Origin: Octopus sinensis
Taxonomy: Eukaryota
Direction of reading: 5' to 3'
DNA length: 64,000 bases
Assembly (NCBI RefSeq): GCF_006345805.1
Contig: NC_042999.1
Coordinates: 56,420,001 to 56,484,000 of the forward strand
The position numbers and the translations under genes were made by a program. Below the pieces are notes generated by a model that searched no databases, was not told the origin of the DNA, and saw only the letters and a list, made by a program, of their open reading frames with translations. Below are positions 13,680-26,067 of the stretch, piece by piece. The first letter of the stretch is position 1, and the number at the start of each line of letters is the position of its first letter.

Positions 13680-14320
13680 TGATGGCTGTCCACTCGTGAC
13701 CGACGAAGACCATTGCTGACCTTCAGGAACACTGTGCACTCTAGGACTAACTTATATTTTGTATTTGCGGCTCTGTTGATGGCTTATGAGCCCTGCTCTT
13801 GACAAGCATACACGACTGCAAACATTGCAGACCAAGCTTTCCCCATTCACTACACCAGCAGTGCGCTTTCAAGCAGCATGCTCAAGATTTTCATGCTGAA
13901 AACGTACTCTCTCAAAAGTGTCGACTCCTTCTTTAACCTGCTTCCTCCATCTGTGGTGATGTCATGCATTGTTCTCACAGTCAGTCTCCTGCGTATCACA
14001 GGCCTTTAATGAGGACTTGACACAGTCCTTAAACCACAGCCTTGGTTTCTGCCGGGGTCTCTTTCCATTCACAAGTTCCCCATATAGCATCTGCTTAGGG
14101 ATCCTGCTATCCTTCATTCTAATGTGTCCAGTCCAACGTAACCGGTGTTTGTGCACAATCACCTCAATACTCAAGATATCAGCTGTCCTCATGACCTGTG
14201 TGTCTGGAGATTTTAAGGTCTAGCCAACATTTGGAATGTGTCTGAGACATCTCTGATGAACGCATTCAAGAACCCTTACATGACATTTGTAAAGGGTCCA
14301 TGTCTCACATTCTACTATAG
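13680..14320 (-). pseudogene. RTE/BovB-clade LINE ORF2 3' fragment
   Basis: HRLRWTGHIRMKDSRIPKQMLYGELVNGKRPRQKPRLWFKDCVKSSLK followed by a CNVCSRVCLSRAGLISHQ C2H2 motif. Confidence 0.85.
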
Positions 14321-14326
14321 CCTTGG

Positions 14327-14585
14327 GCTGACCAAAGCCTTGTGAGTGGATTTGGTAGGCGGAAACTGAAAGAAGCCCGTTGTATATATGTATATGTGTG
14401 TGTGTGTGTTTGACCCCCCCCCCACATTGCTTGACATATGATGCTGGTGTGTTTATGTCCCCATAACTTAGTGGTTCAGCAAAAAGAAACTGATAGTATA
14501 AGTACTAGGCTTACAAAGAATAAGTCCTGGGGTCGATTTGCATGGCCACAGTCAAATGACTGAAACAAGTAAAAGAGTAAAAGAA
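14327..14585 (+). mobile_element. SINE family B (5'-truncated)
   Basis: Homologous body and tail. Confidence 0.8.
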
Positions 14586-14586
14586 T

Positions 14587-15477
14587 AGACTAGTTCTGTA
14601 GCATGCCAACAGATGACAGCACACAGTTGTGTGAGCAGTAAGAGCTAGCAGTGACCTTGATGAGGAAGTGTGCCAAGTGGAATTGGTCTGTTTACTTTGC
14701 AAGTTGTGAAATTTGTATCTTTGTAATCATGTGTCTGCTGTAGTCTGCAATTTTGTCATGGACAGCAACAAAGAGCCGACGTAAGATTTAGTGTTAAACT
14801 TGAGAAGTCTGCTACAGAGACATTGAGTATGCTTCAGCAAGCTTACGGCGACGAGGCAATGGATCGCATGCAATGCTTTGAGTGGGATGGGTGATTCAAA
14901 AGCAGAAGAACATCCGTGGAAGATGATGAGCGATCTGGAAGAGCTGGCACAAATGTCTCTCCTAGATATGTGGTATTGTGTATCAAGAATTTGTTCCCCA
15001 AGGCCAGATTGTCAGTTGAGAGTTCTACTGCAACATTTTGAAGCGTTTGAGTGTTGGGAGGTCATTCGGTGAAAGCAACCAGATCTGTGGAGCACAAAGA
15101 ACTAGATTCTTCATGATGGCAATGCACCCTGTCACCGAGATTGTTTCACTCATGAGTTTCTTACCAAAAACAACATGGTGTCGCATCTGCCTCCACCCTA
15201 TTCACAAGATTTACCACCTGCGGGTTTCCATCTCTTCTTGAAGATGAAAATGCAGCTCAAAGGTCACTGCTGTTGAGATCCAGAGCAAATTGCAGAAGGT
15301 CTTTAACTCACAGAAAATGATTTCCAGGCCAGATTCCAAAAGTGGCAGGAATGCTGAGATTGGTGTACTGCTACACAAGGTGACTATTTCAAAGGAGATG
15401 ATGTTAAAACTCAGTTACATAAGTTATTTTGTTTATTCAACACAATTAGTCCTGGAACTTTTTGATACCACCTCATA
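14587..15477 (+). mobile_element. Decayed mariner (DD34D-type) element, internally deleted
   Basis: N-terminal KLEKSATETLSMLQQAYGDEAM..FEW..FKSRRTSVEDDERSGR; catalytic region LHDGNAPCH..PPPYSQDLPPAGFHLFLKMK; right end GGAACTTTTTGATACCACCTCA followed by TA. Confidence 0.85.
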
Positions 15478-15533
15478 CATATATTCATACATTAATACAT
15501 ACACTCATACGTATCCTATATATCTCTCTTCTA

Positions 15534-15765
15534 AGGCGGCGAGCTGGCAGACACGTTAGCGCGCTGGGTGAAATGCTTAGCGGTATTTCGTCTGTCGTTA
15601 CGTTCTGAGTTCAAATTCCGCCGAGGTCAACTTTGCCTTTCATCCTTTCGGGGTCAATAAATAAAGTACCAGTTTCGCACTGGGGGCGATATAATCGACT
15701 CAATCCCTTCGTCTGTCCTTGTTTGTCCCCTCTATGTTTAGCCCCTTGTGAGCAGTAAAGAAATA
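15534..15765 (+). mobile_element. tRNA-derived SINE, family C
   Basis: Head AGGCGGCGAGCTGGCAGA..GTTAGC, B-box-like GAGTTCAAATTCC, body TTTCATCCTTTCGGGGTC; many copies in the window. Confidence 0.85.
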
Positions 15766-16194
15766 TATAAATCTCTCTTCTATCTTTTCTCTCATCAAAG
15801 AAACTATTTCTCTAGCGTTTGCTATTTTACTCTCATTCTGGTCTAACAACCCTCCATGTTTGTTTTTGTTCGGTTTCCTTGTATGTCTCCTCTGTCCTGT
15901 TTTTTTCCCAACTTTGACCCTCCATAAATCCCAAATTTTATTTTGGTACTTATGGGAGCAGCTGTCTTTGAGGACTCATATTGTCATTCAATACTCGAAA
16001 TGAGGATTAGATAGACAGCCAACAACTTATGAAGAGTCATTCTTTATGTTACTTGCCCTGTTTTCCATTTGTTTCTCTCGTTGTTTGCGTATTGAACTCA
16101 TTTGTTTTTGTATTTCATGTTGTTTACTGCTGGTGACATCCTGTACCCATATATGCATATATATATACACACATACATTTTGCCTGCATTTGAA

Positions 16195-16400
16195 GACATT
16201 ATCATTGTTTAACATCTGTATTCCATGCTGCCATGAGCTGCCCAGTTCAACAGGATCTGACAAACCAAAGGACTGCATTGACGTCCAGTACCTGCTTCTC
16301 CACAAATTCTACAGTCGGATGCACTTGCTAAAGCCAAATACTTAACAGAGTGTAATGGTTGCTTTTTACGTGGCACCAGCAGCAGTGAGGTCACTGAGTA
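16195..16400 (-). repeat. Family A copy (diverged)
   Basis: CATTATCATTGTTTAACATCTGTATTCCATGCTGCC. Confidence 0.65.
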
Positions 16401-16874
16401 ACTTTCTGGACAAGACCCCTTAGCTGAGGTGGGGGTGCAATAACGTGAGAGGTGACTTTGTGCCAGGTGTTGAGAGGGACAAGAACAGGTGTCTTGCAGC
16501 AGAGGAGATACATGGCTACCCCAGGAAAAAGGGACAATTTTGAAGACAAGATGTTACGAGATGAACCGAGGGAACGGGGGTGGGAGAGAGAAGATTAAGG
16601 AGAGTTGGTAGGTGAGTGGTTAAGTTCACATGTGTGAAAGGAGAATGACAGATGGTTAATGGTAGGGAAGAGGTGAATGAAGAGAATGCTGAACATGGGT
16701 GGAGGCATGGGCAATGGTGAATATTAGTTTGTTTTTAGTGGGGGTAGGTGAAGGACATGAATGGGTCCGGAGGGAGGAGGAGGAGGAGGAGAAGGTGAGA
16801 GTGCATAAAGGGAGGAGGTGGAGAGGAGTAGCATAATAAAACTGTAGATAGATAAGAAATAGGGAGGTGGCACA

Positions 16875-17190
16875 GTATCTTCTACTATAACCTCAGGCTG
16901 ACCAAAACCTTGTGAGTGGATCTGGTAGATGGAAACTGAAAGAAGCCTTTCGTGTGTATGTGTGTGGGTGTTTTTGTGTCTTTGCTTGTCCTCCGCCACT
17001 GCTTGACAAAAGGTGTTGGTTGTGTTTACACCCTCATAACTTAGCAGTTTGGCAAAAGAAACTGACAGAATAAAGTACCAGGCTTAAAAGGAAACACCAG
17101 AGGTCGATTCATTCGATCAAAAATTCTTCTTCAGGGCAGTGCCCCAGCATGGCCACAGTTTAAGGACTGAAACAAGTGAAAGATAAAAGT
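16875..17190 (+). mobile_element. SINE family B
   Basis: Homologous body and tail. Confidence 0.8.
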
Positions 17191-17619
17191 TAAGATGATG
17201 TGAACTGCAGGGCTGTAGGGTGGGGGAGGGAAGATGCACGATGGCAGAACAAGGTCAAAGGAGAGTAACGGGGTGGGGGTGGGGCATAGTAACAAAGGTG
17301 GGGTGGGGCATTGATGGCAGACATGAAAGGGTGTGTAGGGAAAAGGGGGCATTCAGTGGAGAACTAAAGTTTTAAGGCCGATATTGAGAATGCAGGATGG
17401 GTGCCGAATGGTTCCAGGGGAGAAATAACTGGTAACAATACACAAGGAAGATGAAATAAGTAGAGTTTTGCATTTATACCATTCTAGCTGTAGAAGGGTG
17501 AAGAAGGGAAGGGTCGTAGGGAAGGCTTGACAGGTAGAGATTGGGTGAGATGGGGGTACAGCTATAAATATTTTTTTAGGGCCTTGCTTTTTGGGGTATT
17601 TTTTTTTTTTTTGCTGAAA

Positions 17620-17790
17620 TGGATGGATCTTCTCAAACACAGTGAATTGCCAGCATCTCGGTCCTTCGTGATCTCCTCGGTGAAGCTTAACAACCTGAGG
17701 TCGGTTTTCATTACTTTGTCCCACATCTTCCTGGGTCTCCTTCTTTCACAAGTTCTATCCACAATTAGGAAACAGTAACTGGCACTCTGT
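17620..17790 (-). pseudogene. RTE LINE ORF2 extreme C-terminus
   Basis: RTCERRRPRKMWDKVMKTDLRLLSFTEEITKDRD matches the GTCGRGRSRKTWDEVVKH motif at 37090-37299. Confidence 0.75.
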
Positions 17791-18085
17791 CGGTTGCGAC
17801 GATGATGGTTCCGTTGATCCAATCAGCGGAACAGCCTGCTCGTAAAATTAACGTCCAAGTGGCTGAGAGCTCCACAGATATGCGTCGTTGTCAAGGAGAT
17901 TCAGTATGACACAGAATATGACATGGCTGGCTCTCTGAATTACAGGTACAACTCATTTTGACCAGCTGAGTGGACTGGAACAACATGCAATAAAGTGTCT
18001 TGCTAAAAGACACAACACATCGCCAGGAATCGAACTTCCCGATCTTACGACCGTGAGCTGAATACCCTAACCAGTAAGCCAAGCG
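17790..18085 (-). mobile_element. SINE family D
   Basis: Reverse complement of the 6449-6782 type. Confidence 0.75.
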
Positions 18086-18114
18086 TCTAGAGAACAGTAC
18101 TTCTTTAATGTATA

Positions 18115-18591
18115 CAGGGTGGCCCCAAAGTAGGTTTACAGTTATACAACAATCTCTTTAGCATTCACATATTAACAGTTTAAGTCTTAATTATAAAAAA
18201 TATGAAACCATTATTCTATGCTAATTTAGTTCATTTTGTCAAGCTCTCTTTTCAGTTCATAAGATAGAAATTTTAATGTAATAAAATGTTTTAAAAGAAA
18301 TTTAAAGTGCCTACATGATAACTGAAAACCTACTTTTAGGCCACACAGAAATTTTAATGTAATAAAATGTTTTAAAAGAAATTTAAAGTGCCTACATGAT
18401 AACTGAAAACCTACTTTTGGGCCACACAGAAATTTTAATGTAATAAAATGTTTTAAAAGAAATTTAAAGTGCCTACATGATAACTGTAAACCTACTTTTA
18501 GGCCACACAGAAATTTTAGTGTAATAAAATGTTTTAAAAGAAATTTAAAGTGCCTACATGATAACGGTAAACCTACTTTTGGGCCACCCTG
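18115..18591. mobile_element. Tc1/mariner-type MITE with four tandem 81-bp right-end units
   Basis: 25-bp TIRs CAGGGTGGCCCCAAAGTAGGTTTAC / GTAAACCTACTTTTGGGCCACCCTG with TA on both sides; units start at 18266, 18347, 18428 and 18509. Confidence 0.92.
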
Positions 18592-19254
18592 TATGTAAAC
18601 ATATTTTGGATGCATTTGAAGTGTATGTAAATATATATTTGTTTTGTTTCAAATGTGTCTGTTCAGGTTACAGTTGAAAGCTTTAGTTGGTTTCACTTAC
18701 TCAAAATGCCGTTTCAGTTTTTCATTTCTTAATGACAAAACTCTAATTACGAACACGTACGCTACAAACAATATAACAGAAACATGATATATATACACAC
18801 GTTCAATACAAACACTATATTTATCGACAACAAATTCACACATTATATATTTATAAATTGCAAATGTAAACATTATATATTTATATACACACGGCAATTG
18901 TAAATGCCATTCAGTCTAATTAATTTCTGAGTAAAAAAAAATTCATATTAATTGTAAATTACTTTATAAAAATTGATAGTAGGGAGGAGAGATGATTCTG
19001 ACTCTCTGATGTCCAAAACATTTGGAAAAAAAAAAAAAACATTATAAAAAAGGAGTAAATTTCAGAAAATATTAGAAGGAAGAGTCGGCTTTCTTTCGGA
19101 GATGGTATCACCAACTTGAAAATGGAAACTGGCAATATGCCCACGGGCGAATTGAACAGTGACACACACACACACACCCACATATATATATCAGACAGAA
19201 TGAGATAACAAACCCAAGGCTGTGAGGAGTTTTCAGGACATTTATAATGAAATA

Positions 19255-19300
19255 GTCTTACAGCTGTTTCTGGGATTATGGATATCCCTTCAACAGAGAC
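19255..19300 (-). ncRNA. Near-intact minimal type-I hammerhead ribozyme motif
   Basis: Minus strand GTCT-CTGTTGA-A-GGGAT-ATCCATA-ATCCC-A-GAA-AC-AGCT-GT-A-AGAC: all three stems pair, GUA triplet present, core A6 is U. Confidence 0.6.
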
Positions 19301-19624
19301 GGCATGAAAATATTTGAGTTTGAATTATATATACCAGCAAAATATGAAGAATCAACATAAGAAATCTTTTTTGGAAACTTCCAAATTAAAGGACGAATCT
19401 ACATTCAACCCTTTTACACCTATATGTGTGTGTGTGTCATTTTTGTATTTAGTTTGCAAGATTCTTTATGGGAATTCGTGTGTTGAAGCATATTTTATTG
19501 TCAGGGGAAAGTCATTCTCTTTTAGTGCTTTATTTAACACACTCACCGATTCGATTTCCACTCATTTACACACACACATAAATACACATTGTAAAAAGTT
19601 GTAAAACTTTAAAAATTAGATTAA

Positions 19625-20050
19625 CCAAGTTTGCACAAGGCTAGCAAAATTTGATGGGAGGGGCTTTAGTTGATACCACTGACGCCGGTACTTGACAGAT
19701 ACTTTATTTCATCGACTCCGAAGGAACAACAAGCAAAGCTGGCCTCGTCGGGATTCGAACACAGGAAATAAAGAGTCGGATTAAATACCGCAGGGACATT
19801 TTTTCCGACGTTACATTTAACATATATATAAAGAGAAAAGGCAACGAGCTAACAGAATCTCGAGTGTCGAAAAAAATGCCTTGCGGTATTTGTTCCGACT
19901 CATTACGTTCTGAGTTCAAGTTCTGCCGACGTCAACTTCGCCTTTCATTCTTCGGGGGCTGATAAAGTAAGTACTAGTCATGTAATGAGGTTGATGGCAT
20001 TGACTAACTCCTGCCCACAAAATGTTTGGCCTTGTGCTTAAATTAGATAC
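19625..20050. mobile_element. Two family C SINEs in opposite orientation (19625-19830 minus, 19870-20050 plus)
   Basis: Both homologous to 15534-15765. Confidence 0.7.
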
Positions 20051-20544
20051 GATATGCACATGGAGAAGAAATTAAAATTTTAGAAACAGACAACGATCTG
20101 ATAATGGTAGGCATTCTCATATGACTGAATGACTAAGTATGTAGGTGAAGGAAAAGAATTACAAATATTTGTCACCTTCTAAAGAAAAATAATTCCCCAC
20201 AAGATACTTCTTTGAGTTAAGTAACTTATTTTACTGCTATATCATCACAGGAAAGTTGTACCAAATATCTTGTTCGTCATTAAAATTATGCTTATTTTGA
20301 GAGAGAGAGCAAAACATGTGCATTGAAGCAACATTCATATCAAGATTTGTTATGGAAATAAAATACTTGCGTTGAATTCTGTTAATTCTTATCTTCTTTC
20401 TCTTGGGAAAGATGTAGAAAATATAATTCTTAGAGAAAACATTAAAAATAAAGAACCCAGACATACACAAATATATTTACATCACTTTCTCACATTTCGG
20501 TGGAAGCCGCTAGTTTAAAAGTGAAAGTTATATTTTTTATTTCT

Positions 20545-20564
20545 GAATATATATATATATATAT

Positions 20565-20605
<41 letters not shown>

Positions 20606-20854
20606 TATAATGAATATAATATTATAGTATATATATGATATATTATATATATATATATATCTATGAATATATATATATGAAGATTATATATAATATATAT
20701 ATGAATATATATATATATATAATATATATATATATGAATATATATATAGAATATATATATATGAATATATATATATATATATATATATGAATATATATAT
20801 ATGAATATATATATTGAATATATATATATATATAATTATGAATATATATATATA

Positions 20855-20906
<52 letters not shown>

Positions 20907-21091
20907 TATATATATATATTATATATATATGAATATATATATATATATATATGAATATATATATATATATTATATAATGAATATATATATATATATATAT
21001 ATATGAATATATATATAATATATATATTAATGAATATATATATATATATATATATCTATGATATAATATATATATATATATATATATATGA

Positions 21092-21122
<31 letters not shown>

Positions 21123-21176
21123 GAATATATATATATATATAGATATATATGAATATATATATAATATATATATATA

Positions 21177-21219
<43 letters not shown>

Positions 21220-21243
21220 ATATATATATATATATATCGATAT

Positions 21244-21279
<36 letters not shown>

Positions 21280-21280
21280 A
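20545..21280. repeat. (TA)n array periodically punctuated by TGAA
   Basis: Repeated TATATGAATATATA units are directly visible. Confidence 0.95.
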
Positions 21281-21784
21281 GTTAACAGTGAACTTGTTTT
21301 CACTCCGATAAACTGGGGTTTTGTTACGGTTTAGTCAAAAGAACAGGGGCTGTGTTTGCGACCTCAGCAGACCCTTCAAGACAGGTAAGACATAGATGTG
21401 GTTGGTTTTCATTCCAACCAACTGCAGGAAAAAAGAAATGCGAGTGCTAGGGAGCGGAATTCCAGAGATCCGAGTCTCTGGGAACGAAGACTGTGACACA
21501 GAGATCAGTGCGGTGTCATTGAGGGCACGATATGGAGTAACGAGAGAAACAAATGAATCTAGTAAGCTCTGGTGAGGATGGCATACAAGTAAGTGGTTAA
21601 CTTCGAGAAGAGGATACTGTGATAATGATAGAAAGAGGGGGGAAGAAGAGACAAAACAGCGTATCAACAAGCAAAAAGGTTAGTGTGTGACAACATATCA
21701 GTTAGGTGGCTTTCCTGGAAAATGTGGCCTGACATGTTGAGTGTAGCAGTAGCACCGTCCTAGGTATGACAGCATTATTCCATT

Positions 21785-21970
21785 ATAATAATAATAATAA
21801 TAAACATTGTGCAGTGCTCAGATGCACTACAACTCATCTAAAGTGCATATATAATCAGGTGTAGTTTCGGCGGATTTCGGAAAGCATGAGGGCCTTAAAG
21901 GATGCAGTGTCATGGCAGTCAACAACTGACGCAGGCAGTTTATTCCATGCTTCAGCAACTCTGAGCGTGA
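21785..21970 (-). pseudogene. CR1/L2-type LINE 3' end with (TTA)n tail
   Basis: FITLRVAEAWNKLPASVVDCHDTASFKALM, the RV...WN.LP..VV.....FK C-terminal motif of CR1-group ORF2. Confidence 0.8.
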
Positions 21971-23299
21971 TAAATACAAAAAAAAAAAAAAAAAAAATTA
22001 TGGGTCTGACTTTGAGCTTTCTAGTGTCAGTAAAATGTTTGGATCTGAAGAATTTTCTGGACATAAAGAAGTAAGGCTAGTCTTATGGATACACTTTTGT
22101 TATGCTATGAATATCAAGACTAGTATTTATAAGGGTTTTTGAAATTTTAGATGCAGGTTGTTCCTGATTCCCGGGGTGAGAAATCGAATTTATAGAGTCG
22201 AACAAATCATAAATAAAAAGGAAAACGACAAATAAATAATAACAGGTACATTTCAAGAACTACGCTACAAACCATATATAACCACCACCATCCGAGGGAA
22301 CATAAAACGAGATAGATTGACAATGCAATTAATCTAACTGATTATTTAGAATGACAATTAGCAGGAAGTGAGGATATAACAAATACCGGTGATGATGTTG
22401 CCGAGTCAAAGACAAACTGATCTTTTTTTTTTTTAAATATAAAGAACAACAATTCCTACCTTCGAGTGACATACGGACCCAAACAAGCTTGTTGATACTA
22501 CCAGCAAGCGAGCAGACTTATTAACAAGCACTCACTCTCTCTCTCTGTTGTAAATAGTTTCACTATCTCTCTCACACACACTAATTCTCTCGCCCTCTCT
22601 CTCATTTGCTCTACGAGTGATTAACATTGAGCATTAGAACATAAGTCAATCAGTCAGTCCCAGATAAGGAAACTAAGAGTGGAAAGGAGTGGAGAGAGCA
22701 AAGAACGAGACAGACAAACAGAGAGAAAGAGACAGATACATAGACAGAAGAGAGATAGTGAGAGTGAAAGTGGAGTAAAAGGAAGAGGTAAAATGAAAGT
22801 GGCAGTATGAGGAAGATGTAGAATAAATAAACAGTGATAATGATGATGATGTTAAAATAATGATAATAATAAAAGCCTAATTTACAAACAAACGAAGAAA
22901 GCCGAGCAAGAATCAAACATGGTAGAAAATAGAACAACCTGAAAATAACTTTGAGTCAAGTGAGGAGGCTTCAGTGACAGAGAGATGGAGCGATAACATT
23001 TATTAATCATTTCTTTCGACTTAGGCAGAAAGCCAATTTGTAGCAGTGGAACGTGTACAATCGGTCAATTGTTGTGCTTTTATCCCTCGGGGTTTCGATA
23101 AAATAAGTACCAGTTAAATACTTCGGGGTCAATTTACACGGTTGCACATCTCTTTTGTGGTATAAAAAAAAACCCCACTATTATAGCTATTTACTGGATT
23201 TGAACTTCTGTCCAAGTAGACCTCTGTGCTGTAACGGCCTTAGCTAGTCATCCATTCTATCATGTGTGTGTGTGTGTGTGTTATTTTACTCGAGTCAGT

Positions 23300-23590
23300 C
23301 ACTAGGTTATGACCATGCTGGAGCACCATCTACAAGAATTTTAGTCGAATCGAACCCCAAGTACTTCTTTTTCTTTTAAGCCTGGTCTGGTATTTTGCTT
23401 GTTGGCCTTTTTTGCCGAACCGATAAGTTACTTATACGATAGGCTTCTTTCAGTTTCCGTCTACCAAATCCACTCACAAAGCTTTGGTTACACCGAAGCT
23501 TTAGTAGAAGGCATTTGCCCAAGGTGCCACGCAATGGGATTGAACTCGGAATCATGTGGTTGGGAAGCAAGCTTCTTTCCACACAGCCAC
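23300..23590 (-). mobile_element. SINE family B (internally deleted)
   Basis: Tail and head present, middle missing. Confidence 0.75.
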
Positions 23591-24058
23591 GTCTATGTAT
23601 ATATGTGTATGTGTTTAATTCTTCATTAGGAACGACACCAGGATTTTTTTTTGTGTGCGTGTGTGTGTTTTTTAGGAAGCATGAGATGGTGGTGATGATA
23701 GTATTTTGTAGGCTGAACTGACCCACGTATATTACGAATATTTATTTCATTAATACCTTACCACCACCACACATTCCAGTACCAAGATACCAAGTGGCGG
23801 ACTGGGTAAAAAAATATTGGTTGCCAGGAGACTAGGGGAGGCCCGCCCGCAACTACAGTGCTATCATTTATTTTATTTTTTTTTTTTTGTCAAAAGTATT
23901 CTTTTCAACTGTCTACAAACACAACCAAGCTGAAATAATTAATGCATTCTTCCAAGAGTGAATATAAAATTCTCAAACTTGAGAGGATGGGCCCCCGATA
24001 TATAGATTCTAATGGCGCTAGGGATTCTGAAAACTGACAGTACCCAAATGAATATATA

Positions 24059-24838
24059 CAGGGTGCGATGGGTAAATTGGCGACATTTATATTTTTAATT
24101 TCGCGCATGCGCATTATTTTATTTTTTTTGTCGACTACACAGTATGGTAGGGTCAGTTGGGCACTATCTGTGAGAAAAACAGCACCATGACCCAATTCAC
24201 TCTGCCAGAAATTTGGAAACAACGTGCTGTACTGCTTGGCATTCGCACCGGAAGCTCTGGTACGAACATTTCAGAGTGTTTGGGTGTCAATCTGAGGACA
24301 TGTACTGAGAGTGATAAAAATCAAACATCCAGCCAACACCATGGTGTTTGGAGTGATCACTAGTGATGGCGACGTTGTGCCTCCGTTCATCTTCCCACAC
24401 GGCCTCAGATTCAACGCGGAGGCCAACATCAAGTGCCTGGAGGAGGTAGTGCTGCCCTGGGTCAAGAGGGTAGCTGCTGGAAAACCCTATGTCTGGCAAC
24501 ACGACTCTGCACCATACTACCCAAGCAGGAGAACCCAGTCATGGTTGTCAGACAATTTCTGCGACGACATCTCCCCTAACATCTGGCCACCTAACTCCCC
24601 AGACTGCAACACCCTTGATTATTATGTGTGGGGCGCGGTTGAGCGAGAGACCAACAAAACTCCTTGTAACACTGAATATGAAATGAAGGCAAGGATTATG
24701 GCAGCATTCACCAACTTAAACAAGGAGACCATCCAGAAGAGTTGCAGGAGATTCCGAAGTTGTCTGGAGCCTGAAGCCAATGGCGATTTTAATGAATAAA
24801 TTTACTCTTTAGTATTGCAAGATATTTTTATGTTATTG
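24059..24838 (+). mobile_element. Tc1/mariner DD37D (maT-like) element, internally deleted, right TIR missing
   Basis: TA then left end CAGGGTGCGATGGGTAAATTG; N-terminal remnant MTQFTLPEIWKQRAVLLGIR; ORF 24311-24799 has QHD(37 residues)D, with WPPNSPDCNTLDYYVW at the third Asp. Confidence 0.9.
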
Positions 24839-25175
24839 TTGTATTTCGGGACGGTCATCATTTTTTTTTTCCAAATAAACACATGCACCATATATTTTTT
24901 CTTCATTCGTTTATTACTGTTCTTATTTTATTAACTCATGTCCATTGTCCGGAAATCTTTCGTCACACATCTGTGACCTCTTCAGCGATACTTTTCTTTT
25001 CGTGTGTGTTCTTGCTACACTTACTCCATTCTTTTCTTAAGATTTCCGGACAATGGACAAGAGTTAAAATGATAAAATAAGAACGGTAAGAAACGAGTGA
25101 AAAAGAAAATATGTATAGTGTGTGTTTATTACGCAAAAAAAAACCCCACAAAAAAACGACCGGTCCGAAATACAA
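24839..25175. mobile_element. Foldback-like element with ~120-bp imperfect inverted arms
   Basis: TTGTATTTCGG.ACGGTC...TGTCCATTGTCCGGAAATCTT mirrored by AAGATTTCCGGACAATGGACA...GACCGGTCCGAAATACAA; spacer ~80 bp. Confidence 0.8.
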
Positions 25176-25260
25176 TATCTGTTTCAACACACGATTTCAT
25201 ATCAGGAATCTTGCAAAACGAATTGATAAACGTATTTTTATGTTAAAATGAGATGTAGGT

Positions 25261-25430
25261 GTACTACTTAAGAAGAGTGTTCCCGGTGCGCGCACTCGCA
25301 TAGTCGCACATCCACACTAGCTAGTCGATCCTTACTTTGTGTTTTTGTTTTATTTACTTTGCTAGGTAGTCGTAGGATCGACTAGTCACGACTAGAGTGC
25401 GCGCACCGGGACCACTCTTCTAAAGTAGTA

Positions 25431-25431
<1 letters not shown>
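25261..25431. mobile_element. CpG-rich palindromic MITE
   Basis: 37-bp TIRs GTACTACTTAAGAAGAGTGTTCCCGGTGCGCGCACTC / GAGTGCGCGCACCGGGACCACTCTTCTAAAGTAGTAC (2 mismatches), plus an inner IR CTAGTCGATCCT / AGGATCGACTAG. Confidence 0.85.
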
Positions 25432-25474
<43 letters not shown>

Positions 25475-25569
25475 CGGGAAGCTTTATGAAAATAAACAAA
25501 AGACGAAGGCAGGTGGAAAACAAACGAACAATTGTATTAGTATGGCGCTCATATATATATATATACATA

Positions 25570-25601
25570 CTAGCTTAAGGTGACCCGCTCTACGCGCGGG
25601 T
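25570..25601 (-). mobile_element. Helitron-like 3' terminus (fragment)
   Basis: Minus-strand hairpin ACCCGC-GCGTAGA-GCGGGT, 9 nt upstream of CTAG|T. Confidence 0.45.
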
Positions 25602-25624
25602 AAGAGTGTGGTTGTTATTTTCTG

Positions 25625-25952
25625 TTGCATCCTTTCGGTACGTAAAAAACACCATCCGAACGTGGCCGATGGCAGCGCCGCCTTGACTGGCTTCTGTGCC
25701 GGTGGCACGTAAAAAGCACCAACCGATCGTGGCCGCTGCCAGTACCCCTCCCCCCGTGGCACCTGTGCCGGTGGCACGAAAAAAGCACCCACTATAACCA
25801 CGGAGTGGTTGGCGTTAGGAATGGCATCCAGATGTAGAAACACTGCCAGATCAGACTGGAGCCTGGTGCAGCCTTCTGGCTTCCCAGACCCCGGTCAAAC
25901 CGTCCAACCCGTGCTAGCACGGAAAACGGACGTTAAACGATGATGATGATGA
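25625..25952 (+). repeat. Family A (RTE 3'UTR) copy, low divergence
   Basis: Ends GGAAAACGGACGTTAAAC(GAT)n; CpGs retained. Confidence 0.85.
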
Positions 25953-26067
25953 TTCTCCCTCTTTGTTTCTCTCTCCCTTTCCCACTCTCTTACTCTTCCT
26001 TTCTCTCGGACTCTCCCTCGCTTTCTCTTACTCTCTATCTTTCTCTCTCCCATTTATAAATAATATA

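Noticed and set aside
18226-18615. 129-aa ORF with 27-aa repeats; superficially CRISPR-like array
   Set aside because: It is a contiguous 81-bp tandem repeat with no unique spacers, inside a MITE in eukaryotic DNA.
21310-21780. Purine-rich, moderately GC-rich segment as an exon or LINE fragment
   Set aside because: No convincing motif in any frame, and plus-strand frames contain stops; left unassigned.
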